Shown one piece after another: positions 14,666 through 29,075 of a stretch of DNA of 64,000 bases; position 1 is the stretch's first letter, and each line of letters begins with the position of its first letter. A model generated the notes under the pieces. It searched no databases and was not told the origin of the DNA. It saw nothing but the letters and a program-made list of their open reading frames with translations. The position numbers were made by a program, and so were the translations under genes. Source of the DNA: the human T2T-CHM13v2.0 reference genome, Homo sapiens; assembly GCF_009914755.1 (NCBI RefSeq), contig NC_060925.1. One strand, 5' to 3'.

Positions 14666-16343
14666 GCTCTAGATCCAGGAAGTGTTTCATTACAGCCTGA
14701 TTTTAAAGACTACTCTTTTAACTACTAGGTATATATAGCACTGACTGAAATCCAGACCTTTCTCATTCCAAAGCATGTGATCTTTCTCGTAAATACTCAT
14801 AAATACCACTACTCCTGAGGACTATTTGAGAAGGATGACCAAATAATTCAAAATGCACATACTCTTAGAGTACAGTTCAACTCTAGGATGGAACACTTCC
14901 CTGCTGTTTTTGGTGATGCCTCAAAGTCACTGTATGAATTAGTTTCTATGGAAACTGACCTGGTCTCCCTGCCTTGGTGATCCTTGTTTAAATTCCCTTC
15001 CCTGGCCAAAATATGAATGTAGAACTGGGGATCACTCACTATGTTCTCATCTGCATCCCCAGCCAATTTGTATTTAGGATTTCAGATGCACCAACGTTAT
15101 AGGTAGAATTTGTTTGTGAATAGACCGCTACAGATATACGAGAAAATGGAACAAACGCCGTTTATGAATGTTTCTTTTTATTAGGCTCAGAATTTTTAAG
15201 GAAAGAAAATGGAAGGAAGATGATGCTATTTTCTTCTTTGCTGTATCTTCAAGTTCAGTTACTATAATTTAATAGATTCACTTAAAAGGGGGTTGGCAAA
15301 GAAACCTCCTTGGAAATGTATCAGTATCAACCGGAAAAGCTTCTGCTCTTTCTTAAAGAGAATTCCATTTATGTTAAGAAGAAAAAAAAAGCAAAGCAGG
15401 ATAGTTAGGTCTGTAATCAGTTTTCAAATTACAGAAGATGTTGTCCATTGTTGCAAAATGGGGCTCTGACAAGAAGTCAATCAGGTGTATTTGCTGCATC
15501 GATTAGCACTTCAGTATGAAGGAAAAGGTGAGGCTTTACCAAGGCCAGCTCTCCAGGGACTACATAAGCTCCTGCACTCAGAAGCATCAGTTTCACTCAG
15601 ATATTTTACTCTGTTTGCCTTCCCAAAGCAAGCAGTGGATTCACTGAGGTCCTCCATATTAAAAAGAAGTTGAGAACCCTTCTGTTTGGAGTGAGACTAA
15701 AATCAGAGTGAGATGAGTTGAAGCGGCAAGACCTGGTGGTCATGACAAGGACTTCTGAATTCAGACCATCTGGGTTCCATTTCAGGCTCTGCCACTTAAT
15801 CATCACCATGTTGCTTAACTTTGTAAGCTGTCCTTTTTTTTTCTTTCTCTATCTGTAGAGATAATAATAGTATCCATATAGTGGGGTTATTAGGAGAATT
15901 AAATTGAATAAATGCATGTAAAGTGTGCAGTGCATGGCCAACACCATCCTCAACACACCCTAGTGCCAGCACCTGCCCAGTTCCATTCTGCAGCTCCACC
16001 TCCATCTCACCGGCTCACAGAAGACGCTAAACAGAAACACAGGAGGCAATGCATTTACTGCAGGACTTGGATATCTCCAGTGAGTGTAGCATTGTGGCTA
16101 AGAGGGTAGGCTTCGGGGCAGACAGATGCAGGGCCTAATCCCAGCTCTGCTACTTACCAGCTTTGTATCCTGAACAAGTTACCTATCACCACCAAGCCTC
16201 AGGGTTTCTCATATATTAAATCACACTTAATTTTAGAAATGTTCTGGGGATTATAAAGTACTTAGCATGGGGTTGTCACAGAGAAGGTCCTCAGTAAGAA
16301 GTGGGCATTTTCATCACAGGACAGAGTGAGACATACTCTAGAA

Positions 16344-16549
16344 CAGCCCAGTCTGAAAGCTTTGTGTGATGATGTAAATGTTCTATATTTGCACTGTCCA
16401 ATAAAGGAGTCACTGGCTACATGTGGCGCTTGAAATGAGCCCAGTGTCACTGAGAAAGTGAGTTCTTAAATTTTATTTTATTGTGATTAATTTAAATTTA
16501 AATCTAAATAGTCACCTGTGGCTAATGGCTACTGTATTGCATGTCACAG
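16344..16549. mobile_element. hAT-Charlie MITE, MER3-like
   Basis: Interior motifs gatgatgtaaatgttctatatttgcactgtccaat and aaatagtcacctgtggctaatggctactgtattg; 8-bp TSD ctctagaa/ttctagaa. Confidence 0.85.
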
Positions 16550-17095
16550 TTCTAGAAGCATGGCCAGAGGCTTCCTGGGTATTCAGAAAGGAAAAGGAGG
16601 GCTTTCAGTTGGGAAAGGCTCAGGAAGAAGGCAACATGAGCTGGGGTCTTCTCTGAGCAGGCTTCTTAAAGGTGAAAACACTCCAACTTGTGGAAGCCCT
16701 GGCTGTGCTTTGGGTAATAAGGAAATGGGGCATTTTTCAAAAGAATAGAGTTCTTGTAAGGAAGAGATCTGAAGTTAGACTGGGTTGAAACATCTCTTCA
16801 AAGGGCCTGATTATCAAACAAATGATGTAACCACATCAGGCCATGGGGAAAGTTGTTCAGCAAGTAGGAGACATAGAAACAGTCATTCCTGCCTCCATAG
16901 TTCAGCTGTGATGTGGGGTTGCCAGTCCATCTGTCCCTACTATCTATGGTCTCCTGTATCATGAACATGGCAGTGACCTCTGTGGCTGGGCTTTCCAAAG
17001 CTCCACAGACTGTGTCCAAAAACTGTTGGGGACACGCTTCTCATCTTGGCATGCTGAGCAGTTTAGTGTGGATTCGCTTAGAAAGCAGGTTGGGA

Positions 17096-17487
<392 letters not shown>

Positions 17488-20400
17488 TCATTTTATTATC
17501 CAAGTGGCCAAGCAGAGGCCAGCAGAAGCAAAGTGGACAGTTCAGTGTCTCCCCAACTCATACAATGATAAAGGAAGCCCAAGGACAAAATGTTCTTAGG
17601 GCCAATATTGTCTCTTGCAGACAAGATGGTGGAAAAAAAGAAGATTATAGCCCAATGGCTTCAATACCAGATTTACCTTGAATCTACTAGGATACCTGCC
17701 ATCCTTGAAATATACAGCAGGAGAAATAAGTAATTAGGTGGCTTTTTACAGCTCTCTATAACTGCTATGAATTAATAGGAGCACCATGGAGAGAATTCTT
17801 TTTATATCCTGGCATATATCTTTCAGTACAAAGCAGAACTAGCATTTATCCTGAATAGAGATCTTAGTTACTTCATCCCGGCACTCTGCAAACATTGTCC
17901 AGCAGACAGCAAAATGAGAGTCGAAGACAGTCACAGATCTTCTAATTTGTACCTACATGGAAAAAACTGGATGATTCCTGGCTTTGACTTCTGTTTCCTC
18001 CCTAGTCGCTCTCCAATTCTCTCTCCAATTAAGATACAGAATTGGTGAGAAGAGTAATTTGGCTGAAAAAGCTGGAACTCTTGCAGTGAAAAGTAGGGTT
18101 TTTTTACATGGGAAAATGTACTGCATATAAAAAAGCGCTTTTCAATTGGCAAGGACAAAGGAGACACTCTACTGGCTGGCCATCTCTGTAATAAACATAC
18201 TGACTAATATTTGCAGATGGCTGTAGAGTTCAACTTTTAAACACACACTTTCACTTATATCACATTGGAGCCGCATAACTACTCTGCGAAGCAGGTGTGG
18301 AGAATTAAGATGAAGCTACTCATTTTATAGATGAAGACAATGAGGCTCAGGCTGATTAAGTCCCCAAGATCACAGAACTGGTGAGCTATGGAGCCCTCCT
18401 ATGAACTTCTATTTTTATTTTCAAATAATGCCATCTCTTCATTTTTGAGGCAACTAGCAGTAACAGAGCATTTTGCAGTTTTCAAGGCATTTCTAACATT
18501 CATAGTACAATTCAAGCCCTCGGTGCAGTGCGGTATATGTCATTATTTACAAATGAAGAAACTGAGTTCCAGGGCATTTGTAAAACCTGCCAAGACAATG
18601 TAGCTCACAGGTGGAGCCAGTATTGAATTTGTTATCTTCTCCACTCATCTTTTATTGGGTCTAGGTGCTGTTATGTTTCTAAGCTCAGTTTTACTGGTGC
18701 TCTCACACTGAAAATATTTCTAAAATGTTGAAGTCCACTTCCCTTCTGGTCCTAGTTATAAAAGGCTCATGAAAGTAGTGGGATTTTTGAGGGGGGTGTG
18801 GGGAGGGGGGATGGTAGGCTGGTCCTGACGTTGCCTCAACACAACACTCTGTGACCTAGTGTTCAGCTGGCTTGCTGCATCAGGAGCCAAAGGCTAAGAA
18901 TACAGCCAGGCTGAAGTGAGGACACAGCCCAGTGACTTACTTTCAAGGATACTCAGGTAGTCAGAGAAAGAGCTGGCATATATCTTTCAGTACAAGACAT
19001 ATAGGTATAAGCATATAGAGGTGGTGTATCTCTTGGATCTGATTCCTTCTCTGATATTTTATCCATTTCACAAGATTAGTCTAATTGCAAAACAGCTGGA
19101 GGAGACAAATATACAGCCATGGAAGGTGTCAACAATGATTATCATCATTCGAACAGACTCTCTAATGACAGTGTAGAGCTGCTGTAACAACATCAACAAA
19201 TTTTCATGAAAGGAAAAGGAAGTATAGGCCATACTGCAAAACTGATTGGAAGTCTGAAGGGGCCACATAATTCATGTTTGGACAAGACACAACATGTATT
19301 AAGACACAACATATACTAGCATATCCCAGTTAAGGTGAAAGATTCCACCAAGAAAGATTATTCCATCTTCACCTCCCTCAGCTTAAAACAGACTGGGAGA
19401 CTAACAGGGATGTATACGTAGCTCCTGCCTTCTATGCTAAAAAAGTCAGAATAAGGACCAATGTATGAAGTTAACATGGAGAGAATGTAGCAGGCAGGCA
19501 GAAGTTGTAGAATGAATTTACAGTTTGGAATCTAGAAGACCCAGGTTTAAATCCTTCATCAGCTGCCTTGTGCACATTCCTTAACTTCTCTATGACTGGT
19601 TTTTTTATTTGTAGATGGAAATAATGATCAATGTTAGCTTATTCTTTCTGATCACTTACTGCATGCCAAACACTGTTCTAGGCACTTTACATATATTACC
19701 TTGTTTAATCTTCTCAATACACCTGTGATTTTACACTATAACTGTTTCCATTGTCTGATGAATAATCTGGGGTACAGACAAGTTAAGTAATATGCTTGAG
19801 ATAACATGGCTAGAAATAGCTCGCATTTATGATGATAGAACAGCAGTATAGACAGGTAGCTGACATATAGTAGAAGCCCGTAAGTGACAGTGTCAGTTAC
19901 TATTATGAATATTATTATAATGGTCAGGTATAATTCACCTACAAAGATAAGTGCTAAGCCTATCACAGCTTTGAATGTTTAAACTGAGGCTGAAAGACTG
20001 CCGGTGGACCACTTGTCTCAACTGGATCTACAACTTTTCCAGTGATTTGATTCTCTTCAACTATTTACATACAGGGCAGTTCCCTCCCTGACTTCTTCCA
20101 GCACCAAAACTTGCTTAATCTAAACAATGCAAGATTTATGGCATTCCTTTATTTGAGTTGATTCCAATGTGTCAGCAGATATGAATTACAACATAAAATA
20201 ATTATACTTGAAAGTGAAATGTAGGCCTAAGGATTCTGGTTGGCTATCATTTTTTTAATGCCAGTGATTTCTGAAAGACTGGATTTATTTAGTGTCTTTC
20301 CCCCCTCCTCTTGAGCACTTAGAGACCTCAGCTTCTAGGAATGCCATTCCAGCTACCTTTATTACAGACCACTTTATCAATTACCCTGACAGTTATTCAT

Positions 20401-21357
20401 ACTATACATGAATGTACTTTATATTTGTCACATGTGCTCTGTAGACAAGGTAATAAAACGTATAATGCATCTTTCTTATCAGTAAATCCTAATGGGTGGT
20501 ACAAGCCAAAGACTCTTGAATGGGAACCTCTCAGAAGTGTGACAGAACTGAAGTAGCTTGAATTTATATATAAACAAATTAATGGAGTCTTTAATGCAGC
20601 ATGAGAAGGGGGTTTCCACAAGGAAGATTAGCAATTATGGCAGGAAGAGGTCTATTAAATCATCTTGTCCATCCCCAACCATGTGGGCGGTTCCCTACAG
20701 CAAAACCCCCTTCCAGATTAAATTACCTAAGAGATTGGGATTCCGACCTTGGGAAACAGTTGACTGCCCAATCAGTCTCCCCATTTTCAGTTCTTTCAGT
20801 TACATGGCAAGAGATTGGAAAAAACAAACAGCAAATAAAAAGTGACTATATCCCAGGGAAAATCCTTTATCAGCCTCTTTTTCTTTCTTCCTTTCCCAAC
20901 CTCTTTTTAGTCTTCTAAAATCATTTTTATTGTCAGATATGGCATTTCAGGTGAATTTCTCTGCCTCTACTTTCTCTAATTTCAGCTATGTGTAGAAAGT
21001 GACAACAAATAAAGGCTAGCCCAATGGAAAGAATATTTTTTTGGGCTGGAGTTGACAACACCTGGGTTTCAAAACTGACTTCAACATCTACTATCTGTGA
21101 TGTCAGTAAGGTCACTACTTATCTCTGAATTTGAATTTTCTTATCTGTAAAATAAGAAATATATTAGTCTGATATAATGAAATGAGACCATTTTTACATT
21201 CATTCATTTATTCAACGTAACTGTTGTAAGTGAGCACCTTCTATCTACAAGGTAAGGGTTTAGTACTGTGAACACACCGGTGAAACCACTGCTCCTGCTT
21301 TCAAGGGATCTGAAATCATAGGAAGGTATGCTGCCACTAAACACCCAATTATAACGC

Positions 21358-21803
21358 ATTTTTTACTGCAGTAAAATACACCTAAGATTGACCATTTTTA
21401 CCATTTTAAGTGTACAGTTCAGTGGCATTAAGTACATTCACATTGTTGTGCAACCATCACCACCATCCATCCATTAAACTTTTCCATCTTTCCAAACTGA
21501 AACTCTGTACCTATTAAATACTAACTCCCCATTCCCTCCTCCCTGCAGTCTCTGGTAACTATCATTCTACTTTCTGTCTCTATGAGTTTGACTACCATAG
21601 GAACCTCATAAAAGAAGACTCATATAATATTTGTCCCTTTTGTGACTGGTTCACTTAGAATAATGTCTTCAAGCTTCATCCATAATGAGGCATGTGTCAG
21701 AATTTCTTTCCTTCTTACGGGTGAGTAGGAGTCCATTGCATGTGTATAGCACATTTTGTTTACTCATCCATCCATGGGCATTTGGGTTGCTTCCACCTTG
21801 TAC
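21358..21803 (-). mobile_element. L1MB-type 3' fragment
   Basis: aagtgtacagttcagtggcattaagtacattcacattgttgtgcaaccatcaccacc is typical of the antisense L1MB 3'UTR. Confidence 0.85.
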
Positions 21804-22010
21804 AGCACATTTAATAAGCACTATAACAAAAGTGGCTGGTGTGTGGAAGGACAAAAGAGAGATATCTAACCTAGGTTTGTCAATCAGGGAAGAATTCCTG
21901 AGGAAATAGTGCCTGAGCTGAGAGGTCTGTAGGATAAAGTGGAGTCAGCCAGATAAAGGAAGGGGCAAAGAGATAGTGGGTAGGGGAGACAGGAGAAGAA
22001 TGTCCTAAGC

Positions 22011-22184
22011 AGAAAAGAAGAGGAAGAAGAAGAGGAAGAAGAAGAAGAGAAGAAGAAGGAGGAGGAGGAGGAGGAGGAGGAGAAGGAGGAGAAGGAGGAG
22101 AAGGAGAAGAAAGAGAAGAAGGAGAAGGAGAAGAAGGAGAAGGAGGGGAAGGGGAAGAAGAAGAGGAAGAGGAAGAGGAGGAAG
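22011..22184 (+). repeat. Compound (GAA/GGA)n pure-purine tract, 174 nt
   Basis: Only A and G between 22011 and 22184. Confidence 0.97.
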
Positions 22185-22214
22185 CATACTTGTGCAAAGA
22201 ACATATTTGCTATC

Positions 22215-22458
22215 CAATGGCTTTCACACAAGACCAGGACCCCTCACTCCCTCACTCTCTCTATCAGGGAGAGAGTTGGAAATATGTAAAAGTACCCTTC
22301 TGCTTGTCACTATGAAAGATGTCTTTTGGTATCTGCACAGGGCATCAGGGAAGTGGGGGAAGGGATTCCAAATGTCTTGCAGTGCATGGGGCAGCCTTGC
22401 AAAAAAGGAATTGTCCCAACTGGAAATGCTAATTTATGCTTCACTTGAGAAACACTGC
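22215..22458. mobile_element. hAT-Charlie element, MER20/MER20B-like
   Basis: 3' end gaattgtcccaactggaaatgctaat...ttgagaaacactg. Confidence 0.55.
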
Positions 22459-22541
22459 TTAATAAATGTTCACTGAATGAAAAAAGAAAAAGAAAAAGAA
22501 AAAAGAAAACCCGGCACATTTTAGAACTGAATGTGGTTTTC

Positions 22542-22842
22542 ATTATGAAGTCTTTGCCTATGCCTATGTCCTGAATGGTATTGCCTAGGTTTTCTTCTAG
22601 GGTTTTTACGGTTTTGGATTTTACATTTAAGTCTTTAATCCATCTTGAGTTAATTTTTGTATAAGGTGTAAGGAAGGGGTCCAGTTTCAGTTTTCTGCAT
22701 TTGGCTAGGAAGGTGGTGGGCAAGGGGAGAGAACTTAGAGGACGGGTTAGTAGGTGCAGCAAACCACCATGGCACATGTGTACCTGTGTAACAGATCCAC
22801 ATGTTCTGCACATGTATCCAAAACTTAAAGTTAAAAAAAAAA
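22542..22842 (+). mobile_element. 5'-truncated, 5'-inverted primate L1 (L1PA8/8A-like): inverted ORF2 piece 22542-22708 plus sense 3'UTR/polyA 22709-22842
   Basis: Minus strand encodes [36 protein letters not shown] (L1 ORF2p). Plus strand carries the L1PA 3' end gtgcagcaaaccaccatggcacatg..aacttaaag-polyA. TSD GTGGTTTTC at 22533-22541 and 22843-22851. Confidence 0.92.
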
Positions 22843-24377
22843 GTGGTTTTCTGTGGTTGTGGGGGGTCAGCCGGAGATGAGGCTGAGATCATTTTCATAG
22901 CCCCTCCGATATTTTCAGTTCTGTGAGTTTCTTCTCTACATAGTGTCTCTGTATTATATCTCTATTTTGCAAACATTGCCTGTACGATCAATTAAATATC
23001 ATCTGCTTACTTAATGAGAATGATTCCCTTTGCTTTGCTTGATAGGTCATTAGGAGAGAGGCACATGTGTGAATTTGAAGAGAGGCAGCCACACTAAGAT
23101 GTTGCTTATCACACTGTTGTGTAATTGGCTGTTTACTCGGCTGCTAGATTATGAAGCCTGTGGAGCAAGAGGCTTCTCTGATTCATCTTCATATCCCAGT
23201 GCCTGGTACACATTGGATGCTCAGTAAATGTTTGATAGAATAACTTTATTTTTACAGATGAGAGTGTCAGCAAAAGAAAAACAAATGACTTCAAGGTGCT
23301 GATGGGAGCTCTGGTTTTTAAGGATGGGATTTTACACCCTGTGGAATATTTAGCCTTAGCTCTCCCAAACATGTTCATATACTTTCATAAGAAGAAATAA
23401 AGGCAAAGGCAGATTTGTTCAGAAAATACTCTGAGGTTAGAGAAATAACCTCAAGAGGTTTAAGGTGCATTCAGTTCTCTAGAAGACCTCATCCAGACTG
23501 CAGGAATAGAGATACTGTAGGTGGAAAACCAAACTGATGAGTGCCATGGGAATACTAGAGCTATCCTGAAAGAGGCTACAGAAAAATCTCATTATTTCAG
23601 ATCCCACTAATTCTAAATTTGGACAGAATCTGGGCCACATTCCCTTTCTTCAATAAACCTGTTCTCCATAAATTATACAAAATTACTAGAATGAAGAACA
23701 AGGAAGGGGGAGCTTATTCATTAATAAATATTTGTGGAAAGCTAACTTTATTCTTTTCTTATGAAAAAAATAATGCACATCATCAAGGAGAATTTTATAA
23801 AGTGCCAAGAACTTTAATGTGCATTCTCTCTCCCTGAATTTTTGCAAAATATCTCCAAAGAGCGCCTGAGTCATGCCCCTCTCCATCCCATAATGGAGAA
23901 AACTTAGGCTCAGAGAGGTGAAATTACTTGCCCAAGATACTACAGCTTTATGCAAAGAAAAGAATATATAAATATATTTTATTTTCATTGAAAGCCAATG
24001 ATCAGAAATCTTAAATTATAGTAATAAAGATTGTCAAGTTTTCTCCTCTTGGTGACATTTATGCATACGTGGAGAATCAACAATATGACCCTGAACATAG
24101 GCCAGTGAAAATGTATGACTATGGGAATATTGGCAGTCCAGGCAGTTAACACCTTGGGAATGATAGGCCAAGTCCTAAGAGAAATCCAACTTCAGTCAAT
24201 TCTTAATATCCTTTGGCGTCATTCAGATTTGTAGGTAAAGCCAAAGGACCATTAGTCTCATCAGTATAAAAGCCCTACTTTACAATTATATTGCTGCCCT
24301 ATAGTGACCATTATGAGCAGATTCTGAAATTAGGACAGAGGCATTCAAACTAAAGTTTAATATCAATAAGTTAATTT

Positions 24378-24925
24378 TTTTTAAATGACAATACTCCATG
24401 CTGGCAAATATGTGGTAAAACAGACGGCATCATACATCTAGCAGTACAACTTTTTAGAATATAATTTGATCAAAAAAAGCCCAAGAGCCTTAAAAATATC
24501 CACACATGTTGACCTAGTAATCCTAGAATTTCAATGAAGGAAATAATGACAGTAGTGTTCAAAGCTGTGCTCAAAGATACAGATAAAACCTGCATGGCTA
24601 ACAATATGGTTTTTACTAAATTATGGTATACTCCTATGCTAGAATGCTTTATGTTGATTGAAAATATTGTTGTAGAAGAATAATTAGTGGAAAAATGTGG
24701 ATAAGTAAAAAATAGGTTACAAAGCAGCGTGTATAGTTTAATTTCAACTTTGAAAAAATTATTTTTATGTAAACAAGAATGGTGATATATACACAAAAAA
24801 ATCTTGATTGGGTTTATATCTAAGTGGTGAGATTTCACATAATTTGCAGTTTTTTTCTTTATGACTTTTCTACATTTTATAAATTTTCTACAATAAATAT
24901 ATAATACTTTTATAAACTGAAAAAA
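24378..24925 (+). mobile_element. Old L1M (L1ME-like) 3' fragment
   Basis: Degenerate ORF2-end and 3'UTR motifs (gacctagtaatcctagaatt, aaattatggtatactc, ttttctacattttataaattttctacaataaa). Confidence 0.65.
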
Positions 24926-27900
24926 GCATAAGGACCAGGCTCTATCAACTACCACTGTGTAACTTTGGGCCAGCAATTAAGCACTCTGAGCTTCAGGTCT
25001 ACCACCAGTAAAACTGCATGTGTCATATGCATCTTGTAAGATTAATGTGAGGATCAGTGGTAAGGAAAAAGTGAAAGTACTTTGAAAACAACAAAAAAAG
25101 ATTCCCAAACATAAGACATTCCTTTTATTATTGTATCAGATGAAGAAGTTTTTGTTCAGTGCAAAGGTGATTGTACCATAGGACACAGATAAAGGAGTGA
25201 AAATATAGACACAGACTTTGACAGCATGGAAATTAATATGAAAGAGTATGCGTGTCTATTCACATGGGTAAATATATCATACAGCACAGTCAGAGTCATG
25301 AGATGATGCATCTCAGTATCTCAGAGTCTCAGACACTCTCGTTGGAGCCATTTATATGGAAGATGAACTATCTTCTCCTCAAAAGTGAGGTTATAACTGT
25401 CTTGAGTTTAGACAATTGCCAGTAAAATCTTTATTTTCAAAATTTTAAATATATAACTTTAAAATGTCTGCACATCTCTTAGACATCATGAAAGATTCAG
25501 ATCTCAGGCTTTAGAGTTGCTGGCATTTTTAATTTAAATATTGAGGCCACACTTCTCTGGTAATTTCTTGCAGATTTGCAATCTCCTAATTTTCTAAATA
25601 GTTTTTAGAAGTCAAATCTAGTCTGGCAGGTAAATCCCTGAACTATATGAATGAGGCTCCTGCAGATGGGACTGAGAATTGGGGTGATCACAATAGAAAT
25701 ATTTGGCTGAAGCCATAATACAGAAGCTGCCTAGGGCTGAAATGGCTGCATACTGCATCTGATTTTGTGCTCATCAGACAGACTGTCAGGCTTGAGGCTT
25801 GAGTCAGCATCAAAAAATCACTGTCTTTTGTCCTCAGTGCTCAGAATGCCTGTCCCTCCCACCCCCCAACCCCGGCCTCATGCCTCATGTTCTTTGCTTT
25901 GTGTGGAAGAATGGCGTTAGTAATATCTATAGTTCATAGTGTGATTGTGAGGACAGAATGAGTCAGTGTGCATAATTTACTCAGCACAGTCACCATAGCA
26001 CAGAAGATTTGACAACCCCAAGCTCATCTCTCACCATCTCAGCAGCTCTGCTAGGCTAATTTTTTCCCTCTCATCCCTCAGTTCATCCTTACACATGTTC
26101 CGTATACATGCTCCAGGACCTGGGGTACACAGGCATCAAAATTTGGAGGCGCAGACCCCATAGGTCCCTGAAGGGACTCCCGCCCTTGGGGAGGGCTCCC
26201 TCCTCTGGCAGGGCACAGGATAAATGAAAGAGGTGAGACTCATATGCTGCAGAGATAATCAGGCAGAGTTTCTGTCCTTCAGGAACTTACACTGTAATAT
26301 TAGTGTAGTGCTCCATACATAGTACCTACTTTCCTTTCCTGTCAATCTGCATAAGATATTATACTTCTTCTATAGCAGGTTATACTTTATATCTTATACA
26401 TAGTAGGTATCATATAATCTCTCTGAAAAAAATACATATGGCAATAAAAAAGGTGAGTATATCTACATGTACATGAAAGTAGGAGAAAAGGATGAGGGAA
26501 AGGAAGAAGGCAAGTTAGATGGATGGGTAAATAGAAAGAAAAATGAGGGGAAAATGGGTTACCTATGCATTAAGATCATCAATAAGACCAAAGGTTGAGA
26601 TTTAACACATTATACACAAGCTTTAATACATTTTATGCAACCTTCTACTCATCGACAAATTGAAAGAACCCTGAGAAGGACAGACGTGGCTGGAATAAAG
26701 TGGGTTGTATCACTGAAGCCCACCAGAAGAGGTGGTGGAGATGCCATTTTCTGTCTCAGGGAGATGGTAGTTTAGAGTTCAGATGCCACCCACAGCAATC
26801 AAAGGCTTATAGGCATAGCTAGACAAAGAGGTGAACCAGAGGCTTCTTGACTTTTACAACGAAAAATTCAGTGCAATTCCACAAATATCTACTAGGAGCT
26901 GATCACATGCCAGGAGGTAGGAGATACAAGGATGACCAAATCATGGACCCTGCCCTCAAGTCACATATAGTCTAGCATTTTTGTTTCTCTTTGTTTAAAA
27001 TTCTCCCCATCTTTCATATCGCAAATAGAAGAGCATGCAGAGACTTTACCAGCTTGGCATGGTTATTCTTATTTTAAAGAAAAACAGTGAAAATTCCAAG
27101 AAAAAAGTAGTGACTGATTATAGGATCTAAAAATGTGAAGGTGTTAAATTCATCTCACTGTTAATTCTAGAATCAAAAATTAAGTATGTATAGTTAGTAA
27201 CTTTAGTACAGAAAGGAAACCAATCAGTCATTGAAGCGTTCTGTTGTAGGTAACATCTGGAACAGAATGGATACACCCATACCCATTTCTTTGTTTTGGC
27301 AGGCACACAGGGGCAGTATGAAACAATGTAGTGGACAGGGCACCCCCTCACTGGCTGAGACATCTTGGTAAGCCCCTGCACCTCTCTGAACCTTGGCGTT
27401 ATATTCCACAAAAAAGAGATAATACCTCTATTTCCCAAAATTGTTGTGGCTAGCTAATTAATGTTCTCATAGTCCAAAGGAGAACACTGAGCTGCTAAGA
27501 GGTTCAGTGATTCATCAAGTATGAAATGACACGTATGTCAAGCTCTTACAGCAAGATCTGGCAAAATAGTAAGCGTGATCATTATCATTACTATTGTTTT
27601 CATTGGCGTTTTCCTCATTGCAGTTCAATATGCATACTTCTAACAAGTAACTCTTCAAATTCAGGCCTGCTAATGGCAAATCTAGCCCTTTGTCTGCAAC
27701 ACTGGTCACCCAGCCCCCAGGCTCAATCCTGGTTACCCAGTCCCTGGGCTCCTCTCCATCACCCTGTCCCCAGGTTCCAGCCTGCATTTCCTCAGCACAA
27801 CTCTCCCCACTAAAAGACGAATTTCACTATCTCTTCTCACTTTGACCCAGTCCCTTGCTTTCTATGACACCACGTTCCTTTACTGTAACCAGAACTATGA

Positions 27901-28791
27901 TTGCTTCTCCACCTCTGGCCATCACTGTAAAGCACTTGAGAGGTTCACAAAGAATCATCATAGCAGTGCTGTGCCTAATTACAGTATCATCATTTTGATA
28001 CAAATAGCTCCTGCAAGGAGTGTCTTCATAAAAATAGAAGCACCTATTAAATAACCACGGCACAGTCATGGAAAATGAGTTTTAAATTAAAATTTAAAAT
28101 AAATGAGGGAGATAGAAAAACAATAAGCAGTAGACTCCATATAAAGCAATCAGCCATCTAAATAAAAGCAGAGACACCCAAGTGGACAGCTCGGATTTAT
28201 CAAGTGTAACAGCCTCTGGAATTTGGATGAGAATTTTCAGAAGCGTCTTTCTCCATTACTCAGTTGACCCTCAAAGTTACAGGAAGCTCCCAGAGCACGT
28301 TAATATTTGTGATTTACAAAGCACACATGTCACAGGCCCTTTCATGAGGACAAAGGAAGTACAGTGGAAAAATGCCCTGACCTTGCCTCGCTTTTTTCCT
28401 TTTCTATAACACTGATTATTTTCTAACAGAGTATATTATTTATGTATGTCTATTTTTTCTTTTTTGTCTCTCCACCTTAGAATGTAAACTCCACAAAGTG
28501 GGGACCTTCATTTAGTTCACCAATGTATCCAAATCCCTGAGAACACTCCCTGGCACCCAGTAGGTGCTCAATAAGTAGCTTTTGAATAAATAGATAAAAA
28601 TTTAAGAGTAGTTGTGTTCAAGTGACCTAACCTTCCTGAGTCTTAGTCACCTAATCTGTAAAATGGGGACAATAACATGTAATTAATAGTTGTATTGTAA
28701 TAATTCAATGACAAAAATTTATATGACGTACTTAGCACCATGCCTGGCAATCAGTACTCAACAAATGGTAGCAATAAATAATACAACTCCT

Positions 28792-29075
28792 GTCCGGGCG
28801 TGGTAGTTCACACCTGTAATCCCAGCACTTTGGGAGGCCAAGGCGGCTGGATCACCTGAGGTCAGGAGTTCGAGACCAGACTAGCCAACATGGTGAAATC
28901 TCATCTCTACTAAAAATACAAAAATTAGCCGGCATGGTGGGATGCGCCCGTAATCCCAGCTGCACAGGAGGCTGAGGCATGAGAATCGCTTGAACCCAGA
29001 AGGTGGAGGTTGCAGCAAACAGAGATCGTGCCATGGCACTCCAGCCTGGGAGATAAGAGTGAGAGTCTCAAAAAA

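Noticed and set aside
21880-22231. Poly-S/P, poly-F/S and poly-L ORFs
   Set aside because: These are three-frame translations of the GAA/GGA microsatellite.
24470-24976. Longest ORF in the track (168 aa)
   Set aside because: Antisense to a degraded AT-rich L1M fragment; no recognisable domain or exon structure.
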